Below, piece by piece: positions 13,623-25,574 of a DNA stretch of 64,000 bases; the stretch's first letter is position 1; each line of letters starts with the position of its first letter. The notes under the pieces were generated by a model. That model was not told where the DNA came from and searched no databases. It was given only the letters and a program-made list of their open reading frames with translations. The position numbers and the translations under genes were made by a program. Location of the stretch: assembly GCF_018977255.1 (NCBI RefSeq), contig NW_024704742.1, positions 123,692,001 through 123,756,000 of the forward strand, read 5' to 3'. Origin of the DNA: Callorhinchus milii. Taxonomy: Eukaryota.

Positions 13623-14500
13623 CTACAAAGCACCACAAAGCAAATTAGGACCATTTTCAAAACAAATCTTGATTTGTTTCAAACACAAATTGTTATGAAG
13701 TTATATACTTTCCCGCTTCCCTTGGCACAGCTACAAATGAAATCAATATCTGACAATTGTTGAATGAGTTTTCATTATCATGCATCAAAAAGAAATCCAA
13801 AAATTGACGAGAGAATTGGGTCAAGTGCAAATACCTTGAGTTTTCAGATTACAAATTGTAAACTCAGACAGCAAAACTGTTGCTGTTTGTTGGGTTTTAC
13901 AGTATTAGATTGTCTAAATTAAAACAGTACAACCCTGTTATAACTCAATAGTTGGGATCATAAAATCCAACTCATTTTATAACAGGGCTCAATCATCAGT
14001 CATCACTTTACATTCACTCTGCATGTGCACAGAGAGCCAACTGGCTTCCTACTTGCTAAAGAATGGCCAACTTCTGGCTCATCAGGTCACTGTAACACCT
14101 TCTGTAACTTTCTTATGAAATCCATCTACCTTACTCCCTCCTTCTCCACTTTCAAAGACAATCTAAAGACTTCCCTCTTTTACAAACAAACAAAAATACA
14201 TTTGTTTAGCGCCTTTCACGTTGGGAGGACATCCCAAGGTGCTGGACAATCAGTGTTTCGGACCTGAGCTAGGGTTTTACTATGCGTTTTGTCAACATCC
14301 CATCTACAAACTGCTCCAGCCTTCTTCCACGTCAGATTCCCAGTTTATTTTGAGATGATCTCCCTAAGTAAAAGATGCTGTATATAAAAATGGATATTGT
14401 TGTTCATTTTTGGCCAGGACTCTAGATCTCCATTCCCTTTTTCCAACAGTGTCATGAGATAATAATAAAAATCCTTGCATTTTGATACACAGGACATTTT

Positions 14501-14803
14501 GGAGTCCTGTAGCTCAGTGGTTAGAGCACTCGCTTTGCAAGCGAGACACCTGGGTTCAATTCCAGGCAGGACGAAACCTTGGGCAAGTTTCCTTACTCCA
14601 CACACCTAATAATAAAAAAANCAATAATAAATTGGTCATTTTCAATCCACGACTGTTTGTGGGACACTATTGTATGCAATTGACTGCCGTGTTTCACCCA
14701 CAAATATACGGTCAATTCACTTTAGAATCTACTCTGTGAAGCGCTTTGAGACGTTGAGAAGGCGTGAAAAGTGCTATATCAAATGCAAGGATTATTATTA
14801 TTA
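14501..14803 (+). mobile_element. tRNA(Ala)-derived SINE, full length
   Basis: GGAGTCCTGTAGCTCAGTGG A box, GGTTCAATTCC B box, CTCGC-TTTGCAA-GCGAG anticodon arm, (ATT)n tail. Confidence 0.92.
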
Positions 14804-14804
14804 T

Positions 14805-15122
14805 ACCACCTTACCATGTCGTTGAGACGTCTCAAAGCACTTCACACAACATCCTATAAGTGGATTGACTGTATTTTGTGGCCGAAATGTGGCAGCCAGT
14901 TGCACACAGTCGTCGTGTATTGAATGATCAAATTATTTATATTTTTTTAAAGGATTATTACCCCAGAAAGTGATCGGCCAATCGGATTCCTACTTACTGC
15001 TGGGTAAACAGAGGTGTGTGGAGTACGGATACTTGCCCAACGTTTCGCCCTACCGGGAGTTGAACCCAGGTCCTCTCGCTTGCGAGGCGAGTGCTCTAAC
15101 CAATGTGCCACAGATACTCCAC
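14805..15122 (-). mobile_element. tRNA-derived SINE, tail-to-tail with the previous copy
   Basis: Reverse complement of SINE head and body. Confidence 0.85.
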
Positions 15123-15239
15123 CACAGGGATGTTTTAACATCCATCTGAGAACAGGCAGACTGGCCTCTTGAAGGCTGGCAGCGCGGGCAACGCAGCACA
15201 CACACAGCACTGGCGTTTCAGGTAGACCATGACCTTAAA

Positions 15240-15675
15240 AACAACAAGATTCCATTTATTGAGCGCCTTTCACGTTGGGAGGACGTCCCAAGGCGCTGCG
15301 CAGTTTGGTCAGGACCCGAGCAGGGGGAAATGGTCAGGGTGAGGGGAGGGAAGGGAGGGAGTGAGGAGGGGGTAGAGTAGAGAGAGGAGCTGAAGGCACG
15401 GTCAAAGAGAAAGGTCTTGAGACCGGCCTTGAAGGAGGAAAGGGAGGAGGCGGCAAAGGCACTGGAGGATAGAGTTCCAGAGCCTGGGGGCTGAGAGGCT
15501 GAAGGCCCGGCCACCGATGTTAGGGCGGGGGATGTGGAGCAGACCGGAGCCAGAGGAACGGAGGGTATGGGCAGGTAGGTAGGGGGATAGTAGGTCAGAG
15601 AGGTAGGAGGGAGCGAGGCCGTGAATGGCCTTGTAGGTGAGGATGAGGATCTTGAATTCGATCCTCTGGGGGATT
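15240..15675 (-). mobile_element. L2 LINE 3' fragment
   Basis: FKAGLKTFLFDRAF and L2 tail. Confidence 0.88.
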
Positions 15676-15928
15676 GATATTGCTCTTGAACTTACAACCT
15701 TTTGACCCGGTCAAGAATCTCAGGCTGAAATAAAATATTTTAAGCATTTCATCAGATTATGATATCCGTTAGTATTTCCACAAACAGGAGTCCACTCAGA
15801 TTGTTGCGTTATTGGTTAACTATCAGTGACAAATCAGTTTGTAAGTCAACTGTTTTCTACAGTCAGCATTATCACCTGTAGTCACATTATTTTCGGGGAT
15901 ACTTATGGAAGCAGATTCATGTTTACTT

Positions 15929-16693
15929 GTCTGTGTGTGTGTGTCTGACTATGTTTGTGTGTGTGTGTCTGACTATGTGTGTGTGTGTCTGACTACGTTT
16001 GTGTGTGTCTGACTGTGTGTGTGTGTGTCTGACTGTGTGTGTGTGTCTGACTGTGTGTGTGTGTCTGACTGTGTGTGTGTCTGACTATGTGTGTGTGTGT
16101 CTGACTGTGTGTCTGACTGTGTGTGTGTCTGACTGTGTGTGTGTGTCTGACTGTGTGTGTGTGTGTCTGACTGTGTGTGTGTGTGTCTGACTGTGTGTGT
16201 GTGTGTCTGACTGTGTATCTGACTATGTGTGTGTGTGTCTGACTCTGTGTGTGTCTGACTGTGTGTGTGTGTGTGTGTGTGTCTGACTGTGTGTGTGTGT
16301 CTGACTGTGTGTGTGTGTGTGTCTGACTGTGTGTGTGTGTGTGTGTGTGTGTGTCTGACTGTGTGTGTGTGTGTGTGTGTCTGACTATGTTTGTGTGTGT
16401 GTGTGTCTGATTGTGTGTGTGTCTGACTATGTTTGTGTGTGTGTGTGTGTGTGTCTGACTGTGTGTGTGTGTGTCTGACTATGTCTGTGTGTGTGTCTGA
16501 CTATGTTTGTGTGTGTGTGTGTGTCTGACTATGTTTGTGTGTGTGTGTGTCTGACTATGTGTGTGTGTGTGTCTGACTATGTGTGTGTGTGTGTGTGTGT
16601 CTGACTATGTGTGTGTGTGTGTCTGACTGTCTGTGTGTGTCTGACTATGTTTGTCTGTGTGTGTGTGTGTCTGACTATGTCTGTGTGTGTGTG
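15929..16693. repeat. Compound (GT)n-CTGACT microsatellite array in MTREX intron 1
   Basis: About 760 bp of GT runs punctuated by ctgact(a). Confidence 0.97.
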
Positions 16694-16694
16694 T

Positions 16695-18250
16695 ACCGGT
16701 GCACGTGTTACCCGCTCGCGTGTACCTCCACCATAATAATACGGTCACTCAACCCACGACTGTTTGCGGGACACCGCCGTGTGTGCAATCGGCTGCCGCG
16801 TTTCGCCCACAAACCGCGCAGCAGTCACTTCGCTTCGCGGTATACCCCGCGAGGCGCTCTGAGACGCCGCCGAGAAGACGCGATAAAAGGACCATCGCAG
16901 CCAGAAGCCCGCGCGGCGCAGCTCACAGAGGCAAACGGCGGCCACGTGAACGCTCTGTCCAGCCTCCGGGGGGGGGGGAAGCCTCGGCCTTGGAAGCCTC
17001 GAAACAATCACAGGCGGTAAAAAAAAAGGGGCCCCCGGGGACAGCCCGTCCTCTGAGCCCCGCGCCTGAGAGCAGAGTCAGGCGGCGGCGCGGCACAAGC
17101 TCACAGGCCGCTCCGCGATCGGGGGGGGACCCGGGCCTGGCCCAGGCACCCGCGGCTCGTCCTTCCCCTCACCCGTGTTTCCCGCCGCCGCCTCCTCCTC
17201 CTCCTGCTTCTCCTTTCCCTTTTTTCGCCGATTCCTCCTCGAACACACTGAACAGGTCCTCGCCGAACGCGTCCGCCATCTTGGCCCGGAGCGCGCCACC
17301 CACCGCGCTCCCACAATGCAGCGGGGGCGCGCGACCCACGGCGGCCGCAGAGGGACAAACGCCGCGTCGGTCGCGTCGGTCGGTTCTCGCAACCGAGCGT
17401 CAATAAAAGCAGAGACCGCTCAGCGGGTCAGGGCAGCACCTCACGCAGTTGAACTAAAAATCGCCTTTGTAGCCCAAAGTCCACCAAGCGATAGCCCCCC
17501 CAAAAAACAGCCCAATATTTTGATTTCAGGTTGCAATGCAGATTGGTGTTTTCGACGGGTGTGGAAGCGAAGGTCTTCAGAGGAGCGGAGGAACGTTTCG
17601 CGGATTTAAGTTTAAAATTGAAGGCAGTCGAAAAAAATAATAAAGTTTTCGCCCACAAATACGCGGTCGGAATTCACTTTCGGGGGTGTGTTCTGTGAAG
17701 CGCTTCGAGACGTCTCGTACAACAACAACAACAACAACAAGATTCCATTTACAGAGCGCCTTTCACGTCGGGAGGACGTCCCGAGGCGCTGGACAGTTGG
17801 GTCGGGACCCGAGCATTGGGGGGGAAATGGTCAGGGGAGGGGAGGGGAGGGAGGGAGGGAGGAGGGGGTAGAGAGTCGAGAGGGGAGCTGAAGGCTCGGT
17901 GATAAGGCTCCCGATCAAATGCAAGGATTGTTGTTATTATTTTTCACGCGCGCAGCGCAACAGAGACCCGCGAACTTGCCCAAATCTGGCAACAACGGGC
18001 TCCGGCTCCAGCTCCAATGGTCGACGCCAAGAGCCTCACCACTTTTGTGGCGGAGGGGGTGGCGTTCTGTCTGCCTCACGCCAACCCATCGCCGCGCGTA
18101 ACATTTTCCAAACCAGAATGAGAGTTCCGTTGCATCCCACCAATCCATGGGAATAACCTTGCGCCCGGAAGGGAACGCTCGCTCTTCACAGAGGGAAGCA
18201 TCCTGCTCACATAATTGCGGAGAGTATTAGGCGCAGGTTGGCAAGAGCCA
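16695..18250. promoter_or_regulatory. CpG island / MTREX promoter
   Basis: Abrupt GC- and CpG-rich block spanning MTREX exon 1 in an otherwise CpG-poor window. Confidence 0.85.
17173..17279 (-). CDS. MTREX: MTREX (SKIV2L2/MTR4) exosome RNA helicase, coding exon 1
   Basis: ATG at 17279; MADAFGEDLFSVFEEESAKKGKGEAGGGGGGGGKH resembles the MTR4 N-terminus (MADAFGDELFSVFE); GTGAG donor; inside CpG island. Confidence 0.95.
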
Positions 18251-19693
18251 AGGCTGGGGGATCCCACAGTGTGAGTTGGGTACCTCGTCATGAGAGCACC
18301 AAAAGAAAATTGTAACCATTTGCTGGTGGCAAAACCTTTGACATGATTGGGATGGATATTATCACAATTTTTTGTACTGCCTGGTTTTAGCTTATCAAAT
18401 TGCCCTCAGCAGCCGGTTGCATTTAGCAAAATGCACTCATATAGCACTCTTCATGTTGGTTAATGTCTCGGAGCGTTTAAGGGAATTACTATTTCCAGCT
18501 ACTTCCTCAATAGCCTCCCTCAAGCCCATACAACATGCTGAATTCTCGTAGGTACAAATGTTAAATTGAGATTGCCCGGATCAGACAATAGAAATCCAGG
18601 TACACCACGCAATCTCTTCCTTATGAGGCAAAAATATTAATAACCTTTCAGACAATAATGTTTTCCAATTGTATTCTTTAACTAATATATTACTTTAAAA
18701 AACAACTACTGTACAGTCCAGAGAGTAAAGATATGAAATAAAAAACAGACTCGAACAGAAATTAAATAAATATAAATAAATATAAATAAATTATACACTT
18801 AAGAGTTTACCAACTTCCTGAAAGTACTTTTAGAATATCACAGTCCAAGATTCACATTCTCTCTCTCTCTCTCGCCTTTCTCTCTCTCTCTGAGCAGATG
18901 TGCTTCCACCTGTACTCAGCTTGTGTGTTTCTGCTTTCTGGCTCTAACAATTAACAACAACAAGATTACATTTGTATAGCGCCTTTCACGTCGGGAGGAC
19001 GTCCCAAGGTGCTGAAATTAAGCTGTAATTTACATAATTTACATAATTTATAATTTATACAAATAAATAATTTACGTAATCTACATAACATTTACATAAG
19101 TGCCAGCCCGGCTCAGTTGGTAACTCTCACCTCTGTATCTGAAGGTTGTGGGCTCAAGCCCGATGTTGGGTCTTTGAACTCAAATCGTCTGAGGGAGGGG
19201 GGTTGAGACTGAAGGAGGGAGCACTGCATTGCTGGGATTTTTTGAGCAGTGCCATGGGAAATATAATGTCATTAACAACCTTACCAACTAGGGTGACATA
19301 ATTGAGTCACTCTGTGTCGCAGTCCCCCTCGTCCAGTTCCTGAGCTTGGTGGGTCCGCAGTATTCCAGTGCACTGCTGAGGACAGCACAGTCAGGCTGAC
19401 TCATTGGTGGAGTTGGAAGGGCGGACCAGTCACTGGGAGCAAAATCCTAATGGGTGGTTGTAGCTGGACAAGCACTCGCAATGGCAAGCTATGCTTTTTA
19501 GCTGGTTAGACTCCAGCAGTACCCCAACACACACTCTGAGGTCTCCAAGCCATGACTCTTGCCAACCTGCGCCTAAGAATTTCTGAAATTAGGTACACAG
19601 GATGCAACCCTCCAGGGAGAGAGTGTGCATTCCATTCCAACAAACTATCTCTGGAAAATCCATGTATGGTTTGGTTTGGATACTCTTAAGTAT

Positions 19694-20016
19694 GATAATA
19701 ATAATAATAATCCTTGCATTTGATATAGCGCTTTTCACGTCGGGAGGACGTCCGAAAGCGCTTCACAGAATACACTGTAAAGTGAATTGACTGTATATTT
19801 GTGGGCGAACGCGGCAGTCAATTGCGCACAGCAATGTCCCACAAACAGTCGTAGATTGAAAATGACCAATTTATTATTGTTTTGGGTTTTTGGAGGGATT
19901 ATTATTAGGCTCTGTGTGGAGTAAGGAAACTTGCCCAAGGTTTCGCCCTGACTGGAATTGAACTCGGGTCTCTCGCTTGCAAAGCGAGTGCTCTAACCAC
20001 TGAGCTACAGGACTCC
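19694..20016 (-). mobile_element. tRNA-derived SINE, full length
   Basis: Near-identical to the 45243-45565 and 59257-59568 copies. Confidence 0.93.
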
Positions 20017-20764
20017 ACACGATGATGTGTTTTCACATGTGTCGAGACACCTGGCAAAAGAAACCCAGTGTGCATTTATTTTCCCAAAACATCCAACTTC
20101 ACTTTTCTCCAAACTAAACCACTCTGCTATGTGATCTATGACCAGCAGTTTCCTATATTCTTCATCATATTTCCTAATATGCTAAGATGAGCAAAAGTAG
20201 GAATTGCCTCCCCCTGTCATTTTCAAATCATTAATATAGATGGACCAATTTGTTTGGTCACCCGGCTTTCTGAGACATGCAGAATCTCATGTGTCATGTT
20301 TAAGAGTATTCAAACCAGACTAGGAGTTTCATGCACGTTTCTTCTCCCTCCAAATTTCTTCCTCCTCTCTGAAGGCGCTGACTCATGCTGGGGTACAGTT
20401 CTACGGGCATCAAGTGTCCTCCATTACCTGATCCCAAGTGGGCATTCTTCATGTATGAGCCAAGACAGTGAGCTTCAGCAGGTTATTCGACTGTGGTGGG
20501 GGGAGGAATCGCAGCCAAGTCTGATCCTAACCTCAGCAAATGTCAATCCTCGCACTCAAAACACTCTTTCTAAAGCAATCATTACAAAGTCACGAGGAAC
20601 AGAATCCTTGGCTGTTTTGGTTTCATTTCTCCCTCTCCATTCCAGCCCAGAATTATTGGCACCAGTTACAACACCCACTGCCACGAAAGATGATTCACAT
20701 CAGCTATATAAGCACTGTATGGCAATCAAATCTGATCTTTCAGTTTCATGCAATTTAGTTTCAC

Positions 20765-21280
20765 CAACAACAAAATTAGATTTATAGAGCGCCTTTCACG
20801 TTGGGAGGATGTCCCAAAGTGCTGAACAGTCAGGTGTTGGAGCCTGAGCATGGGGGAGGGGTGGTGTCTGGGTGAGTGGAGGCAGAGAAGTGGGAGGTTG
20901 ACCAAAGGCACGATCAAAGAGAAGGGGTTTGAGACCAGCCTTGAAGGAGGCAAGGGAGGAAGCGAGGTGAAGCGACTGTGGGATGGAGTTCCAGAGAGTG
21001 GGGGCAGAGAGGCTGAAAGCCCGGCCACTGATGGTAGGGCGGGTTGGGCAGGAAACATGGAGCAGACTGGAGCCCGCTGAATGGAGGGAGCGGCAGGTTG
21101 GTAGGGAGTCAGCAGATCAGAGAGGTAGAAGGGGGCAAGGCCATGGATGGCCTTAAAGGTGAGAACGAGGATCTTAAACTCGATCCTCTGGGGGATGGGG
21201 AGCCAGTGGAGTCGGGTGAGGGTGGGAGTGATGGGGTCGCGGAGCCTGGTGTGTGAGAGTACACGAGCTGCAGAGTTTTT
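20765..21280 (-). mobile_element. L2 LINE 3' fragment
   Basis: ORF2 C-terminal remnants and tail. Confidence 0.88.
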
Positions 21281-21359
21281 TCACCTGACCAGGTGAAAAG
21301 TGACACTTAAGAATTCTAGACATTTTCTCTCAAATCTGTTGTATTCTCTAGTGTGTCTG

Positions 21360-23690
21360 AACAACAACAGCAACAACACGATTACAGTTGTATAGCACCT
21401 TTCACGTCGGGAGGACATCCCAAGGCACTGGACAGTGTACAGCATTTCAGACCCGAGCTGGGGTCAGGGGGGGAAAAGGGAGGGGAAGGGGGGGTGACCG
21501 ATGGCATGGTTGAAGAGGAGGGTTTTGAGGTGGGAATTGAAGGAGGCTAAGGAGGGGGTGAGGCAGAGTGATTGGGGGATGGAATTCCAGAGGTTGGGGG
21601 CATAGTGGCTGAAGGCTCTCCCACCAATAGTGGGGCGGGTGGGTTGGGGGACGTGGAGCAGGCCAGAGCCGGCTGAGTGGAGGGTGCGGGAGAGTTGGTA
21701 GGGGATTAGGAGGTCACAAAGGTTGGGTGGAGCGAGGCCTTGGAGGGCTTTGTAGGTGAGGACCAGGATCTTGAACTGGATATTCTGAAGGATAGGGAGC
21801 CAATGGAGTCGGGCGAGAATGGGGGGAGATGGGGTCACGGAGTTTGGTGCGGGAGAGGACATGGGCTGCAGAGTTTTGGATTAACTGCAGCCTGTGGAGG
21901 GAGGAGTTGGGAAGGCCGACAAGCAGGACATTTGCATAGTCGAGCCTGGAAGTGATGAAGGCATGAACAAGAGTTTCAGTGGCCTGAGGGGTGAGGTAGT
22001 GGCGGAGTCGGGCGATGTTACGGAGGTGAGGGAAGGCAGAGTGGGTCATGGCTTGGATGTGGGTAAGAAAAGACTGTTGAGGGTCAAACAAGACACCGAG
22101 GTTCCTGACTGACTTGGTGAGTTGTAGTGTGCAGCCATGGAGGTTGATGCTGCCAGAGCCTGAGGTGCTGAGGCGCTGGCGTGAGCCAATCAGGAGGGCC
22201 TCAGTCTTGTTCACATTCAACTGTAGGAAATTTGCCCTCATCCAGGACTTGATGTCCGACAGGCAGTCTGTCAGGACAGCAGTGGTCCTGGAGTTGAGGG
22301 TGGAAGCAGAAAGATAGAGTTGGGTGTCATCTGCATACATATGGAAGTTGACCCCATGTCTGCGGATGATGTCACCAAGGGGGAGCTTGTAGATATTAAA
22401 GAGGAGAGGGCCAAGGACAGAGCCCTGGGGAATGGCAGATGTGACAGTGCGGGGACTGGAGGAGAAACCATTAGAGGCAACAAAGTGAGAGATAAGATTC
22501 GATCCAGGCAAGGGCAGGTCCACAAAGGTTAAGTAAAGAGGAGAGGTGGTGTATGAGGATGGAGTGGTCAACAGTGTCAAAGGTGGCAGAGAGGTCGAGA
22601 AGGACAAGGAGGCAGAGGGAGCTCTGATCATAGATGTTCAGAATGTCATCAGTGACTTTGACCAGGGCTGTTTCCATGCTGTGGGCAGCGCGGAAGCCGG
22701 ATTGGAGGGGTTCGAAGAGGAAATGTCAAGAAAGGAGTGGAGCTGGGACGCCACGACTCATTCCAGGACCTTTGAGAGTAATCGGAGGTTAGAGATGGGG
22801 CGGTAGCTGGAGAGGAGGAATGGATCCAGGGAAGGTTTTTTCAGGATATTAGTGATGATGACTGTTTTAAGGTGGGTGGGAACTGAACCAGTGGATAAGG
22901 AGAAGTTGATGATGTCGGACAGGAGAGGGGTCAGAAGGTGGAGCTGGAAGATGAGGAGAGAGGTGGGGATGGGATAGGAGCAGGTGGTGGGTTTGAGTTT
23001 GTGAACAATGTTGATTTGGGATTTGAGGAAGTCCAGCATATACTCACAGTTGGAGTTTGAGGAGAGGATGGGTGAGGCGTGGGAAGGTGGACGGAGGAGA
23101 TGGTTTGTGGTGGAAAAGAGAAGCCTGGGGTTGTCCTTTGCCTCCAAGATAACGTTGGAGCAGAAAGAGGATTTGGCAAAGGCAAGAGCGCTGCATTAGG
23201 TCTTGGTATGGTGAAGCCAAATCTGCCGATGGACCGTTAGTTTGGATTTGGTCCAGGCACGTTCAGCAGCTTGCACTTGTGCCTTGAGGGAACGGAGATG
23301 GCTGGTGTATCAGAGGGAAATTACGGGAGTATGAGGCAGTTCGGGAAGTGAGGGGGGGCAAGGGAGTCTAGAGGGAGGAGAGTGAGTTGTGAAGAAAAAA
23401 GAGCAAGGAGGATAGATCGGTCACTGAGGGCCAGAGGTGTAGGAGTTTGGATGACTCCAGGGCAGTGGAGAGGGAGAGGGAGGAAATTGTTTTCCACAGA
23501 TTGTATGTGATGGTAGAGAGTTGAGAAGGGGGAAGGGGTACGGAGGTGTCAAGGGAGATTAAGTGGTAGTCCAAAATGGCTTTGTCGTTGATGGTGATGT
23601 CCAAGACGGTGAGGCCCCAGGTGATCACCAGCTCAAGGGGATGGCCACTGCCAGTTGTTCCACTGCTCAAGTGATTGCTTTCACTCCAGT
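21360..23690 (-). mobile_element. Longest L2 LINE copy (endonuclease remnant, RT, 3' tail), degraded
   Basis: GHPLELVI...DYHLI endonuclease remnant; [43 protein letters not shown]; multiple frameshifts. Confidence 0.93.
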
Positions 23691-23984
23691 TTTTTATTAC
23701 CATTGTCAAGTTATGTACAGTGTTTATTCCATTATTTCAACAATCTATTAGTTTAATCATCACCTACATTACAGGAAGTTGCAAGTAATGAGCAAAGAAA
23801 GCCTTATACATTTTGGTTTGTTTTCCCAGGCAAAATCTTGCAAGAAACTGTGCAACAGGAATTTAAACCATTAATTATGTACAATGCAGAAATTAAGTAG
23901 ATTTTTATAAATTTTCAAACTGCAGTGTTTACATCATGTTTCAAACAATATTATTTTGGTGCATTGATACTTTATAAATTATTA

Positions 23985-25175
23985 AAACAACAACAACAAT
24001 TTGCACTTATATAGCGCCCTCCAAGCCGGGCGGCATCTCAGAGCGCTTAACAATGGTGGAGTCCAAGGCCAAGGTAAGGGGAGGGGGAAGATGACTCTAG
24101 GCACGGTCGAAAAGGAAGGTCTTCAGGCACAAGGGGGCAAGGCAAAGGGATTGAGGGAGTTGCAAAGTTTCGGGGTGTAGTGGCTGAAAGCATGGCCACC
24201 AATGGTGGAGCGGAGGATTTGGGGGACGCTGAGGAGACTGGACCCAGTAGAGTGGAGGCAGTGGGTATTGCTATGGGGAGAGAGGAGGTTACAGAGATAG
24301 AGGGGTGCCAAGAAATGGAGGGATTTAAACACTAGAGTGAGGATCCTGAAGTCGATCCGTTCTGCGACAGGAAGCCAGTGGAGTTTGGCAAGGACTGGAG
24401 TAATCGGAGTTTGATGTGGGTGAGAATGCAGGCGGCGGAGTTTTGAATAAGATTGGGATTATCACATTACAAAGAATATTATTCATTCATCAGATACATC
24501 AGGGATGGGCTGCCCCACCATCAGTGATATGGCCTTCAACTTCTCTGCCCCCACCCTTTGGAACTCCATCCCACATTCCCTTCACCTTACTCCCTCCCTT
24601 GCCTCCTTCAAGGCACGTCTCAAGACCCTCCTCTTCGACCGTGCCTTCGGTCATCCTCCTATCCTTACCTTCTCTCCCCTCCTCCCTTCCTGATCTCAAC
24701 CCTCTCCTGGGGTTGAAATTCTTGTTGGTCCTGCAGCCTTGGGACATCCTCCCGATGTGAAAGGTGCTAAATAAATGTAATTTGTTGTTGTTGCTATTGT
24801 GTTGCTACCCATGCATGGAAATTCCCATGATGAAATGGAACATACACACTCTCCCTGGAGAGACTCGCCCACCTGCTCCCTACCAACCTGCTCCATGTCT
24901 CCCGCCCGACCTGCCTTACCATCAGTGGCCGGGCTTTCAGCCGCTCTGCCCCCACACTCTGGAACTCCATCCACGGTCCCTTCGCCTCGCTTCCTCCCTT
25001 GCCTCCTTCAAGGCCGGTCTCAAGACCTTTCTCTTCGACCATGCCTTTGGTCTCCTCCCACCTCTCTGCCTTCCCTCACCCCTACACCATCCCTCCCCCA
25101 GCTCAGGCCCCAACATCTCATTGTTCAGCGATTTGGGACGTCCTCCCGACGTGAAAGGAGCTCTATAAATGTAAC
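23985..25175. mobile_element. Cluster of L2 3' fragments in both orientations
   Basis: Minus copy 23985-24455; plus copies about 24500-24790 and 24860-25175, each with L2 tail. Confidence 0.82.
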
Positions 25176-25574
25176 TTTGTTATCTAATTCCATAGAATAT
25201 TAGGCTCTTCACTAAAGCAAATGCTGGGCAATTCCTGAGTGTGCATTGGACTATTGCTGTTGTTTAATCAGTTAAAATCGTATGACTTGCCATTGAAAGT
25301 ACTGTCTGGTAAGCTTCCCACTATTTGTTCAGGTTTAACAGGAACTGAGTGGGAAGAATCCCTGCTCCCTCCAAATCCTGATGCTAGCCTACCATCAGCA
25401 GTGACCTAGAACGCTGCAGACCTGCCTGGCTCAGGAACCCCCACAGAAGATTGACTCAATCCTCACACTCTGTTGCTGAGAGTGTCATCTTGGAGCCAGA
25501 TCAGCTGGGGGGGTGGGGAGAAGAGGATTCCTTGCTGCCCCCTCCCCCCCTCCATACACACAAGCACAGGAAAA

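Noticed and set aside
14501..14575. tRNA-Ala(TGC)-like sequence (also at other SINE heads)
   Set aside because: The acceptor stem does not close and it runs into a SINE body and tail; it is a SINE head, not a tRNA gene
16583..17609. Long GC-rich ORFs (145-239 aa) around the CpG island
   Set aside because: Low-complexity products of microsatellite and GC-rich sequence; only MTREX exon 1 has recognisable homology and splice signals
18140..19675. Inverted pair as TIRs of one DNA transposon
   Set aside because: A third copy at about 24.8-25.5 kb and unequal extents indicate an interspersed repeat; no TSD seen
20254..20787. 177-aa ORF
   Set aside because: No domain motif; overlaps probable old repeat sequence and ends in an L2 tail
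21714..22631. 305-aa reverse-transcriptase ORF as an active or domesticated gene
   Set aside because: Embedded in a frameshifted, partly deleted L2 copy
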